This document shows positions 37,966 through 49,782 of a DNA stretch of 64,000 nucleotides, one piece after another. This DNA comes from Podarcis erhardii (taxonomy: Eukaryota): assembly GCA_964252035.1 (NCBI GenBank), contig OZ176211.1; one strand, given 5' to 3'. Every line of letters begins with the position of its first letter. The stretch's first letter is position 1. Below the pieces are notes generated by a model. That model searched no databases. It saw nothing but the letters and a program-made list of their open reading frames with translations, and was not told where the DNA came from. Position numbers and translations under genes: made by a program.

Positions 37966-38609
37966 TGTCAAGGCCCCCAAGCCACCCCCCCAGGAGACTA
38001 AAGACATAAGGACACTGAATTTAGGTCAATGTTAATGGGCAAAATTTAGGCCACAACTTTATTGGTTACAGAATGTGAGCAGTATTGGCTTAGGTGTTGG
38101 CAACAACAGACTATATCTGACTCCTGCCCCCCTTGCAGGAAGTCTGGAAGTCTGCAGGAAGTTGGGGGAGCCCTGCCGACGTGGATCGACTCGAGCACCG
38201 CGGCGCAAGGCTGAAAAGGGAAGCCTTGGAGTTGCGCCGCGGCTTAAATCGGCCCCGGTCTTGCCCCCAAGCAACCTCATTGGCCGCCTGGCAACCTGAT
38301 GAGGCCAGGGTCTTCCCCAGCGGGACATTGCCCCGCCCCCACGCTGAGGTGGGAGTCTAGGCAGCCTGATAGCACCCCGTCCCCACCCAGAAGTGGAGCC
38401 GATTTGTAATTCTTTTGCTGGTGTTGTGAGAGTCATTTTTTTTTGGAAGACATAACAGACTCTTGAATACTTAACTTTGTTCTCCTTATTTCTACCCTGA
38501 TAGATTTTGGTTTTGCAAAATTAATTAAAAATATTTTGAGGTGGGAAAACAGATTAAGCAATATATTAAGGCATGCTATGGTGAAAATGGCCAGCCAAAA
38601 TTTGTGACA
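37966..38609 (-). mobile_element. Solo LTR, 644 bp, antisense to PHF14
   Basis: Ends TGTCA…TGACA. 5-bp flanks TTGCG (37961-65) and TTGCA (38610-14) differ by one CpG-type change. On the minus strand: GC box, CCAAT, TATA-like, AATAAA in U3-R-U5 order. Confidence 0.65.
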
Positions 38610-38700
38610 TTGCACTAGAATACTTTTTCAATACCATGTCTTCTGAGGACTAAAAGGCATATCATCCTCACACTGTGTGTCATGCACAGAAGGATGACTG

Positions 38701-38702
<2 letters not shown>

Positions 38703-38744
<42 letters not shown>
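38703..38744. repeat. (GT)n microsatellite
   Basis: About 21 uninterrupted GT units. Confidence 0.98.
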
Positions 38745-38747
<3 letters not shown>

Positions 38748-41569
38748 CAATTATCTGTCTCCTGTTTAATAACTTTACATCTTTAGTATAGTTGTTTAAA
38801 TGTTTATGAAATCATTAAAACACTTATCCTGCCTTTCCACTATATTGCAACGCTCAAGGTGGCTTATGATCAACATGATGAAAATGTAATAAACTAAAGC
38901 CATGAACTAATATAGTATAGAAACACAGCTGGGAGTATCATATCCAAGAAAGGGAGCAGGGAAGCCATTCCAAAAAAATTTGACACAGTAATCACAAACA
39001 CATGCACTGACATTTTAAATACTATGGCTGTGTTAGCGACAAATAATACTGTGCAGGTTCGTAGAAATCGCATTCATGGTTTTCTGTTTAGTTCTCTATG
39101 GTTTTATAATTTGATATTTACTATTATGTGCCTCCACATTAGGAAATACAAATAGTGTAAATATGGTGCCTTTATGAGAAGTATGCAATTATTTTGAGTC
39201 ATAGCATAAAACAATTGGCTGTGTTTGTGCATACAAGTGCAAACCTACATGCCTCAATATCTGTAAATGATCACCATGTTTTAGTCCACAACTGTTGAAA
39301 TTCTCAAGCTTTCCAGACAAATGTGCAATTATTTAAAAGTACACGACTACTACTGAAGACATTTGTGTTTGGGAAGGCTTTACCTGAGGTGTAACCTAGT
39401 CATTTACGGAAGATCAATTTTTATATTTGATGAAATGTTTGTGTCGTTTTTGAGTTTGTCTGGATGCTTTTATTGTTTGAGTTTGTTGAATTGATTTTAA
39501 TGTTCTTACACTTTGTGTTTGTTTCTGTGATTAGATTTTCCTTCACAGGAACTTACTGTTTGACAGGATGTGTTACATTAACTTTAAAAGTTTGTTTTAA
39601 TAGTTTGAGATGGAGGACAAATGCTCACACACTATCCTTCATTTGGCTACACTTCATCCTTTTCAGTTCTGAGTTCAAAGTTTATGTGTCATTCATCTTT
39701 TAACTATGCATGCTTATACCAAAGAATAAAATAGCACAACTATCTTCATTGTAGAGGTAGTTGCAGTAAACTGTTTTCTAATTGAGGTTGTGGAGAAAGG
39801 GGAGAAACAAAAACACAAGAATTTCATGTCTAGTGCAATAAAAATATGCCAGGAGTCATAGGAAATCATGATGAGAAGGTTATAAAGATAGCATGGAGGC
39901 AGCTATCATGTGCAGTGGGAGCAGTGAAGCAGCCATAGCAATTTGAAAAAGCTTCAGTCTTTTTTTAAAAAAATGAAAATCTCCTAGAAAGATAGTTACA
40001 TGGCTGCTGGTCACCATATGTGACAGATGACAATTCAGAAGAGAAGCCACAGACTACCAAAAGTCACAGAATCCATGTGGGAGCTGTCAAAAATTGATCA
40101 GAACAATTCTAAGAAAGGAGAAAAAGACATTTCCATGACAAAGCTATAGAGTGAAAGGAAGAGAACCCGACACTTGTCAGGATAAATTTCCACCTTCCCC
40201 ACCGCTACATCTTATTTATGAAGATAAGGGTTTTCCCCTCCTTTTTGCAAGAGGCCAGTACTGGATTAACCATTGAACCTAAAATACTAGAACTTAAGTA
40301 TACAAACTTTGATGCTAGTCACAGAAGATGCATTACATTCAGGATGTGTCTGAAATGGAGGAAAGAAATGACTCCCGTTCCTCAGTCTAGCAGCCAGCAT
40401 AGCTATCAGCATTGGAAAACTATAAAAAATGAATTGTAAAACAGTCTAGGAAAGAGAAACAACTTGTTCAGAAAAGCATCCATGGTCCTATCTGAGCTAG
40501 ACAGTACAGTATATCTCTAATGGCATAGACATACACCTTATTGCAGATTGATTGCTTTACTGTGAAGGATTTTTCACAACAAAAATAAGTTTGTATGTTT
40601 AATTTAAATCCCTTTGAACTAGAGATGTGGAATAATGTGTATCTCCACAATTGCTGAGGATCATATTACCACATGGAGGGTTTTTGCGAGTTTTAGGCAA
40701 TGATCTGATTCTTGGCTAAAGATTGCTTTAATTATCTAGGACCCCAAAAGGTAAAGATATATATTTTTTACAGGAAATGTCCAAATTACATTTGATTTAG
40801 CCCTCCTAGGCTGATGAGGTTCCTGTGATCCCAGCAGCTGTATGTTTAATTTACTAAGCTACCAGAAGTCTGGTGGAGCCCTACAGAACTGAATGAAAGT
40901 GGAATTACCAAACACCTCAACTAATTAGAGTTCCTTCTATTCCCAGCAACTTCTCAAAATCCTTTTTGGATTTCAGTTTCCTTTTTGCTTATGGCACTTC
41001 AAGTGATTGAGTTTTTGGCGTAGCCTGGGTTGGCCACACACAGACATACACACAGAGAGATGGTTTCATGGTGGCGTGATTTGTCAGACAATTCGTTAAA
41101 AATGTGAGTGATGGCAGCATTTTAGAGTAACGAGCAGAGCTTGCATTGCAACCTGTACAACCTCACAGGGCTGGGGAGAGCGCTTGAACCTGTTTGTCAC
41201 ATCTAAACAGCCAGATATGATTCAGAAGGTAGAGGATCTTATTACATAAATGGTACTCTCAAGAAGGAACCAAATCTAAAACTACAGCAGGTGTGAAGTT
41301 AAAATGTAACTGTACAAAATAGTATACAAGTCTTCCAGCTCAACAGTTTTCTACCCATCGGTAATATGTGCATCTTGCTCACAAAATCTGATATTGTACA
41401 AACAGGGCCAACAAGTTTATATATCCAGATGGCCTCACATTTGTAATCTGAGACCTTGATTAGGTAGTATTAAAATATATTGCTTGGTTGTTTTCTGTTT
41501 TAACAAAGATGCAATCCGTTGCCATCAGTTCCTTAATTTGACCAGAGTCTGAGGTAGGCAATCATTTGA

Positions 41570-41618
41570 TTGGCTGGGGAAGCCCAGCCAGATGGGCGGG
41601 GTATAAATAATAAATTAC

Positions 41619-41655
<37 letters not shown>
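41570..41655 (+). mobile_element. LINE 3' tail ending in (ATT)n microsatellite
   Basis: gggaagcccagccagatgggcggggtataaataataaatt followed by about 12 ATT units. Confidence 0.7.
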
Positions 41656-41657
<2 letters not shown>

Positions 41658-42683
41658 ACCTAACTGCATTGAGTAAAGGAAGTTAGCATAACATTTTCAT
41701 CTCACTCTAATGAAAGGAAACACAACAGGGGGTTGTGTTCAGTGGTAATGTTGTCCACACATTTTGTTAGATGAGTAGCTGAAGAATGAAGACACACACA
41801 TCAATATGTAAAGGAACTAATCATGATATCAACCAGTACTCTTCCATTTAGGTGGTGAATGACTTGTTGGCACAATTTTCTGACTTCAGATTTCTCAGGG
41901 TTGTCAGTGACAAAGGACATGTGGCAAGGTGTGCAAAATCGGTTTCTTAAAAGCAAATCATTTTTGTACTCATTATGTCTACTTGGTTTGATTTTATTCT
42001 ATGTTTCTGGTATTGGTTTTTTGCTTTTCAATTCAAACAGTCTCGATCAAGGGCTGAATATAGCAAACAAATATATATATATACAGGTTATGTGCACACA
42101 TTATCAGCAATGTATCAGTAGATAAAGACAAAACACTTGGGCAGTTTCTCACTATTGCAATTTTTAATACGGAAAAGGTCTCATCACGTGCTGACATGTT
42201 TGTCAGAATTCATAAATTGCTTTGTATTATTGTGAGCCGAAGCGGTTATTTTCTTTCTTTTTTGCTTATGTTTGCATTAAAACAATTTAAAAAACATTTT
42301 CTCATCTGCATAATTGTGCATATTTTGACTTTTTTACATTGGATGTGGAATTTTAGTCCACACCCTCCTTTACCTGTCTTTTCTTTTGCAGTCTTCATAT
42401 TTAGCTCCTCATTTCTTAATATAATGGAAACCCCATTATTTGGTGTGCATGATTTAGGAGTTCTCCTCATGTCGTCTTTCTGAAGTGGAGATTGGAGAAG
42501 AATTCAGCTGATTTGCCTATTGAAATCATTTCTTGCTATTATCCATTGAAACCTGTGGCATCTTTCATGTTTCCTTTTTTACTCTGAAGTCCGATACCCA
42601 CTGTCAGACTCTCATAATTCTTGTCTGAGTCTTGCTAGGTGAAAAGTAAAATATGCAAGTGCCTTTCAGTTTCCCTTTGTTAG

Positions 42684-42720
42684 AAATTTCCGCGTTAACG
42701 CACCAGATGCAACTATCAGC
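42684..42720 (+). other. Candidate 37-nt alternative (frameshifting) PHF14 micro-exon
   Basis: Pyrimidine tract gcctttcagtttccctttgttAG, strong donor GTGAGT at 42721. Open in frame with exon 29504-29625: (R)NFRVNAPDATIS. Inferred from splice motifs only. Confidence 0.5.
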
Positions 42721-42954
42721 GTGAGTATGTAGTTCAAGCCCCCCCCCCAAAAAAAAATCTAATCAGAGCACATGTAAGTTTTCCCAAAGTTTTCCTGCAG
42801 TGTTAAAAGTTTTAAATATGAAACATGATGGAATTAAGGGAAATAATGTGATTGGCATGTGCAGTGTCTGCCATATAAATGCCGTAAAAATCACAGTAAA
42901 CCCGACTTGCTATATTTCTTAATAAATATTGAAAAAGCAGGAATCTGTAACTCA

Positions 42955-43144
42955 GAGGTCTGGATCTGCAGAGGTCTTGTGCAAGCGGAAATGCAATTTC
43001 TCTGCTGCAGCCCCTGTGCCTCATCACTGTCCCTTGACCCTCAAAAGCTTTTCATCGGTGTGGAGGCTGTCATAGGGCGGGAATGAGTCCGAAAAGCCCC
43101 ACTGTGCAAGTGGAGTTCCATTCATTTGTTTCTGGATCCAGCTC
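42955..43144. mobile_element. Degenerate MITE of the GATCCAG-end family
   Basis: gaggtctggatc…tgtgcaagcggaaatgc…aaagccccactgtgcaagtg…tctggatccagctc shares motifs with 13620-13870. Confidence 0.45.
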
Positions 43145-43613
43145 AGTAACTATAGATGCCCTATTGACATTATAAAACAATTGCTTTGTGAGAACGCTGT
43201 GTGCTGCTTTGTAATTGTCAATCAGCTCCTTCCTTTCCTGATTGGACACAAGAAGTATAGTTAATCTGGTATATTATCATGCTATATAGTTAAGAGTTCT
43301 GACAAGGAGAAGCTTGCTCTCTTTGTATAATCATGTCTGTTTTAATTAAAATCTTTTATATAGCCGAAAGGTCACCACTCTCCATTTTCCACACCTAAAT
43401 GGCAGTTTCTTTTTTTTAAGCACTGTGAATGAGGAGAAATGGATGATACTTAATGGCTAATTCACTTCCATATGCACTTGGAAATGTAACACTAATCCTA
43501 AATTGTCTCTTTTCAGTCTCAATCTGCTGTGATGTTGAAATGTTTCATAAGTCACTAGAACTGTTAAAAATGGTAAATGTTAATCTTTTTTTTCTTATCA
43601 CTTTACTGTGTAG

Positions 43614-43626
43614 ATACTCTTCATGA
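43614..43626 (+). CDS. PHF14: PHF14 alternative last exon, coding part (…ENLVR-YSS*)
   Basis: Long pyrimidine tract ttaatctttttttttcttatcactttactgtgtAG, then a tac tct tca tga. Gives R-Y-S-S-stop, matching my recollection of the short human isoform ending …ENLVRYPS. No good donor follows. Confidence 0.8.
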
Positions 43627-44560
43627 GACACTACTCTGCCACAACTCATCCCCGGAGGCAGTCCTGGAAACTACTTTTATAAATGTGATTTTAAGCTGTG
43701 GATAAGACTTTCAATAGAACACAAACTAAAGGAAAACAGTGTATTTATCCCTTCCATATTCCTAGTTATGACAAATACTTGAGTTTGCTTGCCAGGTCTT
43801 GTAGAATGTAACCAATTGGTATGTTACTTGAACTGACAAGGCAGTTAATTTACTTGAATTTTTTTTTCTTTGCACTAATCAGGCACATTGGTATGTGCAT
43901 TTCTGGAAAATACTGGATAAATGTCTTGTCTGAAATGTTCTATTAAGTAATTTTGTCTCCCGTTGCTAGTCTTTGGCAAATGATGATGTACAGTATTTAG
44001 AGTCACTGAAGAGTGACAGGAGCCTATGGGACTTAAGTACTTTATGTGATGTTGTTGAATAGGAAAAGCAATGCTTTGTCATTTGTTGGCTGCTCTACTT
44101 TTTGTGCCTCTTAATAAGCAAATTCTTATATAAATGTGTTGAAGAGCTATATGTAAAAGGCTTGTTTCTGTAAAAGTGTTCAGTATAGTGGCAATCAGAT
44201 ATCTGTAAAAAAACATTTCATACATTCTCATGATGAAGTAAGTTTTGCTATATAATAATTGACTTTGTACCTATTAGTATGTTAAGTTGAAAGAGTCACT
44301 GAGTGAACACATTTGGCTTGAAAAGAAGGGAACCCAAATCTTGTGGCTTTGTCTCAGTGGGTTTGTGTGTTCTGGACTGGGGGTGCTTCCGTTGAAAGCC
44401 AGCAACAATTCCTATACAGTAAGCCTGCAACATATGTAGAGGTTACGTTCTGGGTGTTGTGCCTAAAGCCAAAATTGTATGTAGTCAATATACATTGTGT
44501 TCAGCAGTGGGTGGGTTTGCCAAACCCTTTTTCTACCTAACAGACAGTCCCTTCCCACCT

Positions 44561-44596
44561 TATTATTATTATTATTATTATCATTATTATTATTAT
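44561..44596. repeat. (ATT)n microsatellite
   Basis: Run of tta/att units with one interruption. Confidence 0.9.
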
Positions 44597-46237
44597 GCCA
44601 AGCAGGAATAGCTGGATATGCACAAGTTAAATGTGCATAAGTTGTGGGCTTACTGCATGGTAATTTGGAGAAGAACAAAAAGCTGGTCAACCAGTGTTAC
44701 TGAACAAGACATACCCAGTAGCAGTCTGTGTTTCTGTTTAAGACTTGTAATTTTTTCAGATAATTTACTAGACAGCATAAGCATTTGAAATGCTTATTTT
44801 TGCCTTTCTTTGAACAAAGCTGTTTGTGCATTTGTACCTGTAACATTGAAGTATATAAGTTGCGATCCAACAAAGATACTCATGGGGCTGGTAGAACTGC
44901 AAGGTTCCTTTGAAATATTGATTGCTCAAAGTATTCCAGTCATCATTGTTGAAAAAGCAAGCTGCATTTTAAAGTGAAATTTGGCTTGGCTCTTCTGCAG
45001 TACAGGAAATGTCAAAGAACCCTCCCGCTAGGTGGGTGTCTTCCTTATGCACACTAATCACTTTGTTGGATCACAGCCATTGTATTGAAAATCATTGGGT
45101 ATATGAAAATACAGTGGTATCTTGGAGCATTTTGCAAGGTATATTTTATAACCAGAGTTATAAACCTGGAAATTAGAATAATAATAGCTGTATAAAATAA
45201 AGGAAATGATACATTAGTGTATTTTCATGGTTATGGCTAGACACTGTATCTTATTTGGATATGTTCAATAAAATAACCAGATCTCCTTGGTTATACTGTT
45301 TGAAATAAGCATTTTGTCAAGACTGTAATAACATTGTGTTCTAGATTTAAATATGCACATTAGAATCGGCTGAAAAGAGGCTAGATGCATCAAATGTTTT
45401 GGCTAAGATTTGGTATAAATGTTGGCATGTGAATATAAAACTCATTCTGCATTAAAACATTTTATATTTACATGCTTATTTACCTCTTTAAAAGAGTTTT
45501 TTCTCCAGAATGGCTGGCACAAGAGAAGGTGGAAGATGCTGGTATGGTTCTTGTGGCTGGTTGTACAGCAGACTGCTATAGCCCTGATATTTCCTGTTGC
45601 AAAACAGGCTTCCACTAGTGTTGCACTGGATATCATATTAAGGAAGCAGTATTCTTGCCTTTACACTAGCTCAGCAGCCCTTGAATTAGTGGTCAGAAAA
45701 CATTGACTCTGGGCCAGAAAATTTATACATTTTTTTGTCTTAGCCTGAGTAGAGCTTAAATAGTATATATTCCTATTTAATATAAGAAGGTTGTTAGTAA
45801 ATATCTGCTTAGTGATCAAGAATAACTGATATAAAAACAAATACATTAAATTGTGGGGGGAAAGGGTGTATTGATTCCCATGCCTCAGTCCAGCCATCCA
45901 ATACCAAGTAGTATGATTTTCACTATGCATGCGAAATTTACCTCTGCCTAAATTGTGTTTGTGTATTTTATTTTACATTGCTTTGGGCAGATTCATAGGA
46001 AGCAGTTGGTTTTTCTTAACATAAATACATAGATTTTCCCTTAGGTGTAAGAGCAGTTGTGTGTATGCGTGTAAAGTGTTCTTTGCTCACTGTGCATGTT
46101 GAACTATTTATTCGGGATGAATTTGGGAAATCATAATTAAGGTGCTTACAGACTGACCTTATATATACACACTGCTGCTTGCCTTCAGTTTTTAGACTTT
46201 GTTTCTCAGTTGAGCTTCAGAGCCCTCTTTCATAATA

Positions 46238-46474
46238 CAGTCGTACCTCGGAAGTCAAAAGGAATCTGTTCTGGAAGTCCGTTCGACTTCCAAAACATTT
46301 GGAAACTTAGGTGCAGCTTCCGATTGGCGGAAGTTTCTGTAGCCAATCAGAAGCCGCATTGGACGTTTGGGTTCCAAAGAATATTTGCGAACTGGAACAC
46401 TCACTTCCGGGTTTGTGGCATTTGGGAACCAAAACGTTCAACTTGCAAGGCGTTCAGGATTCAAGGTATGATTG
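46238..46474 (+). mobile_element. Tigger/pogo-like MITE (second family, copy 1; strand is relative orientation)
   Basis: cagtcgtacct…aggtatgattg with TA flanks (46236-37, 46475-76). Central gcttccgattgg…ccaatcagaagc palindrome. Confidence 0.85.
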
Positions 46475-49462
46475 TAAAGAGGAATACAGCCCTTTCAGTT
46501 AAGAGAGATTCCTTTGACTTCATGAAAGATAAACACTGACGTTGGAATTCTATGCCCTCAGAATATGACTGGACTCTTTAAGTTGGACATTTTGCTCATG
46601 GCTAAAACGGGATGGCCTTAAGGGATGGCCTTAAGGAACAGGGCTGATGCTGAAACATTTTTATGAGTTTTTTAAATGGGTGTGTTTTAAAATTCATTAG
46701 TCAAAGGTTTTGGGGGTCATCAATACCTCTTTTGGTTAGCATTGTTGCTAGGTCACTACACACAAATGTGCTACAATTTTGTAGCATTCAGCAATTAACG
46801 AGTGTTACTGGACTGTAAGAAACATTGCACTGTAAAACATTAAATGCAGGTACAAAGTATCTGAAGATATATTTCTATGTAACTTTTCTTTCTGTTTCTC
46901 TTAAATTAGACTGGATTTGCTAGTGTTGTTATAATCAGATACTTCTAAAGAAAACTGCACTATGCTGTGTTGAGATGCAGTAGTGTCATTATTCAACAGG
47001 ACAACTTGGGATGTATGGTGCCAAACTGATATGTATTTGTATTGCTATTTGCAACCACTACTTTGTGTAATTCATGGTGGGCTGCTAGACGTATGTTACT
47101 GGATGGGCATATGACTTTAAAGTTCTGCATTTGCAAATGCTGAAGTGAATGATGAAAAGGTTGAAGAGATCCTATGGTGTCAGGAAATAGGTGTGTTAAA
47201 CTTGAAGAAGTGGTTCTAGAAATGTTCAACATAGAACGAATGCTTGAAAATTTAACAGCTTAATTCATATTCTGTATTAGAGTATCAATAGTGGGGCAGT
47301 TTTACTAAAGAGATGCTTAGCATTCATCTTGCTTTATATCTGAGCTATCTTAATACTAACTTAGGCTTGAACCTAAAAGAAAAATTATACACACACCTGT
47401 CCAACTGCTGTCATTGCTTTAAAGCATATTTTTAACTAATATGTAGAGATGGATACTGGTGGCATGGAACAATACTCTTGGGATCTGTACCTGAAAGCAT
47501 CTGCTTCTTGTTGCTGCATTTTAAAAGAGAGCTGGTCCATAATTTTTACGGTGGTGTAAAATCCTAAACTGGTTCAACTGTTTAAAGACATTCCAATTAG
47601 GTATTCAGATGCCCATTAAGAACAATCCTTTACTGCTTCATGTTGTGGAAATTTTGTATATCTTTTTATAAAGTCACGATACCTAGCATTACCAACATGT
47701 ATACAAAATTTACTTGTTTGCTGTTTTTATATTGTATGCTATGTGAATAATTCTGTGGGCATTGTTCCAGGGTACATGTATAAGTGAGAGAGGTTTTTAT
47801 TTAACCTTCTGCAAAGCAACATTTGTGAAGTTTTCTTTACAGATTAAGTTTATTAATAAAGAGTTCTTAGGAAATTACTTTGAGAGCCAAAGATGGTTGT
47901 AGCTGTCTTATGAATGCAGGATTCTTCTTTATATATATTATTCTTCAGAGCTTTGATTCTCTACAGTGACTTACAAATATGCAAAAAAACCCCCCCATTT
48001 TTCTTTAGCTCTTCATTTAGACAAGCCCAGGCCTCCTCCCCACCCCCATGTTCATTGTAAGACTTCTGCAGGCCAGCTGATAAGATTCCCTCCTCTGCAG
48101 GTAGGCACAATGTAATGAAATTGGACGTGCATGCTAGGCTTTGTAAATAGAATGAGATTGACCCCCAGCCATTATCTCATTTATCTGATTTACATGGTAA
48201 AATCAGGATCTACAGTATTGATTAGAACATAATTAGCTAATTATGAGCAGGAAAATACAGACTTATGTGGGGTTTGAGCACAGCAGGCTGAAGTGCTGAA
48301 AGATTTCCAAGGGCATGAGCAGATGGAGATCACTTTATTAAAGAACAAAACAGACGTGTTTCAGGTATGGAAGTGTCTAATCAACTTCCCCTGCTGTGCC
48401 GAGATACTTGACCTCAATTCAGTATTTTTGTTTGTGAAAAACTATTTTCTGTCAGCTGCTAATTTTTTTTAAAAAATATTATTTAACCTCTCAATCTGAC
48501 TGAGACAGATTGAAGTAGAGCTGTTTCTACTTCTGTTTCTCTATCCAGTTTACAGTTTACAGTGTTTAGAGGGCTATTGCTTCCATAAGCCAAGGTGAGC
48601 CTCTTGGCTCAGTCAGTGGCTTGGGAAGGGTAGTGGATCATGCCCAGCCACCCCTGCTGCTAGGATATCTCCAGGGCTGTCCATAGAGATATGTCTGCAT
48701 CTCTGCCATTGTGCACCAGCTCCATCCAAGAAAGAAAAGACTAAGGTTGGGCTTGGGTGTGCCTGCTAGAACCTGCCATCTGGTTGCAGTGGCAAACGTA
48801 ATAGAAGTTTTAATTTATTCATAAGCTTTAAATAGTATATTTGCTGCTGCAGTGAAGCACCCAATGGCAGTCCTAGAGGTGAACTTAGCAGTTTTGCCCA
48901 GTCTTCCTAGAGGTTCATTGGGAGGAGATGACCACCCAATAAGCTTGTCAGAGCACCTGTGCTGCCACTGTTGCAGTGGAAAAATTGGGGGTAGGGGAGC
49001 CACAGTGAGGAAGATGAGGTCATAGTGCCATTTGCTAGTCTGCCTCAGACATCTTGGGCTGGTTGTGGCTGTTTAAAACTAGAATTTAACAACTTGGCTG
49101 ACTATCTGGCATTAAGGATAAAACCGATTTAGTTCTGATTTACAGTATCACGTTTAGTAGTTATTTAACCAAATACATCGTTTTAACATTTTCATCTCAA
49201 TTTTTTTAAAAAATAAGAAACAGAGGGCTTAAATCTTGTAGCCTGAACTTAGCACTTGCTATGTGTCAACTGCAACCCTAGCAAAATGCCAGAAGCAAGT
49301 TACATTATCCTACTGGCATTAGTTAAACACAATCACAGCAGTATTTGAAATTAAGCTGCCAGCATTCAGACATTTGAGGTTTGCGACTCTCATAGAATAG
49401 ACTCCTGTCTGCCATGCAGCTAATGGCCTGGTCTGCGCATTACAGTAAGCCATGGTTTGTGA

Positions 49463-49782
49463 CAGAGGTGGGGAACCTCATGCTGAGTGGCCAAATGTGG
49501 CCTTCCAAGTCCCTTGAAAATCTCCCCAGGCCATAACCTTCACTGACCCTGCTTCTCACCCTTAGTGTTTTTGTTTGGCTTGAATTTAGCCTTGAACTCT
49601 GGCAGTGCCTTCCTCTTGTCTGTGTGAAGGACAGAGAGGAGGAAACTAGCCTACTGTACAAAGCTAGAAATTTCATTTGTTGCTCTGCCACCTTTTTCTG
49701 TGGTCCCATCCACCACTGACATGTGCGTAGCAGGAAATCTTGGCCTTGATTTGAAAAATAAAATAAAAAAATCCCACCCCTG
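49463..49782. mobile_element. Non-autonomous hAT-like element
   Basis: Ends cagaggtgggga / tcccacccctg. 8-bp flanks gtttgtga / atttatgg match at 5/8. Confidence 0.55.

Larger units (their letters stand above)
43627..47880 (+). other. Putative 3' UTR of the short PHF14 isoform, with candidate poly(A) signals
   Basis: AT-rich sequence after the stop. AATAAA at 45196-45201, 45267-45272 and 47855-47860; the last is preceded by several TGTA motifs. The true end is not determinable from sequence alone. Confidence 0.45.

Noticed and set aside
38059-38436. 125-aa Arg/Gly/Pro-rich minus-strand ORF
   Set aside because: It is a by-product of GC-rich LTR sequence; no gag, pol or env motifs.
42941-43075. 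44-codon open frame ESVTQRSGSAEVLCKRKCNF…VWRLS* after an AG, a possible partner for the 37-nt exon
   Set aside because: The acceptor lacks a pyrimidine tract (aataaatattgaaaaagcAG) and the frame lies within a degenerate MITE (42955-43144). A chance ORF is more likely.
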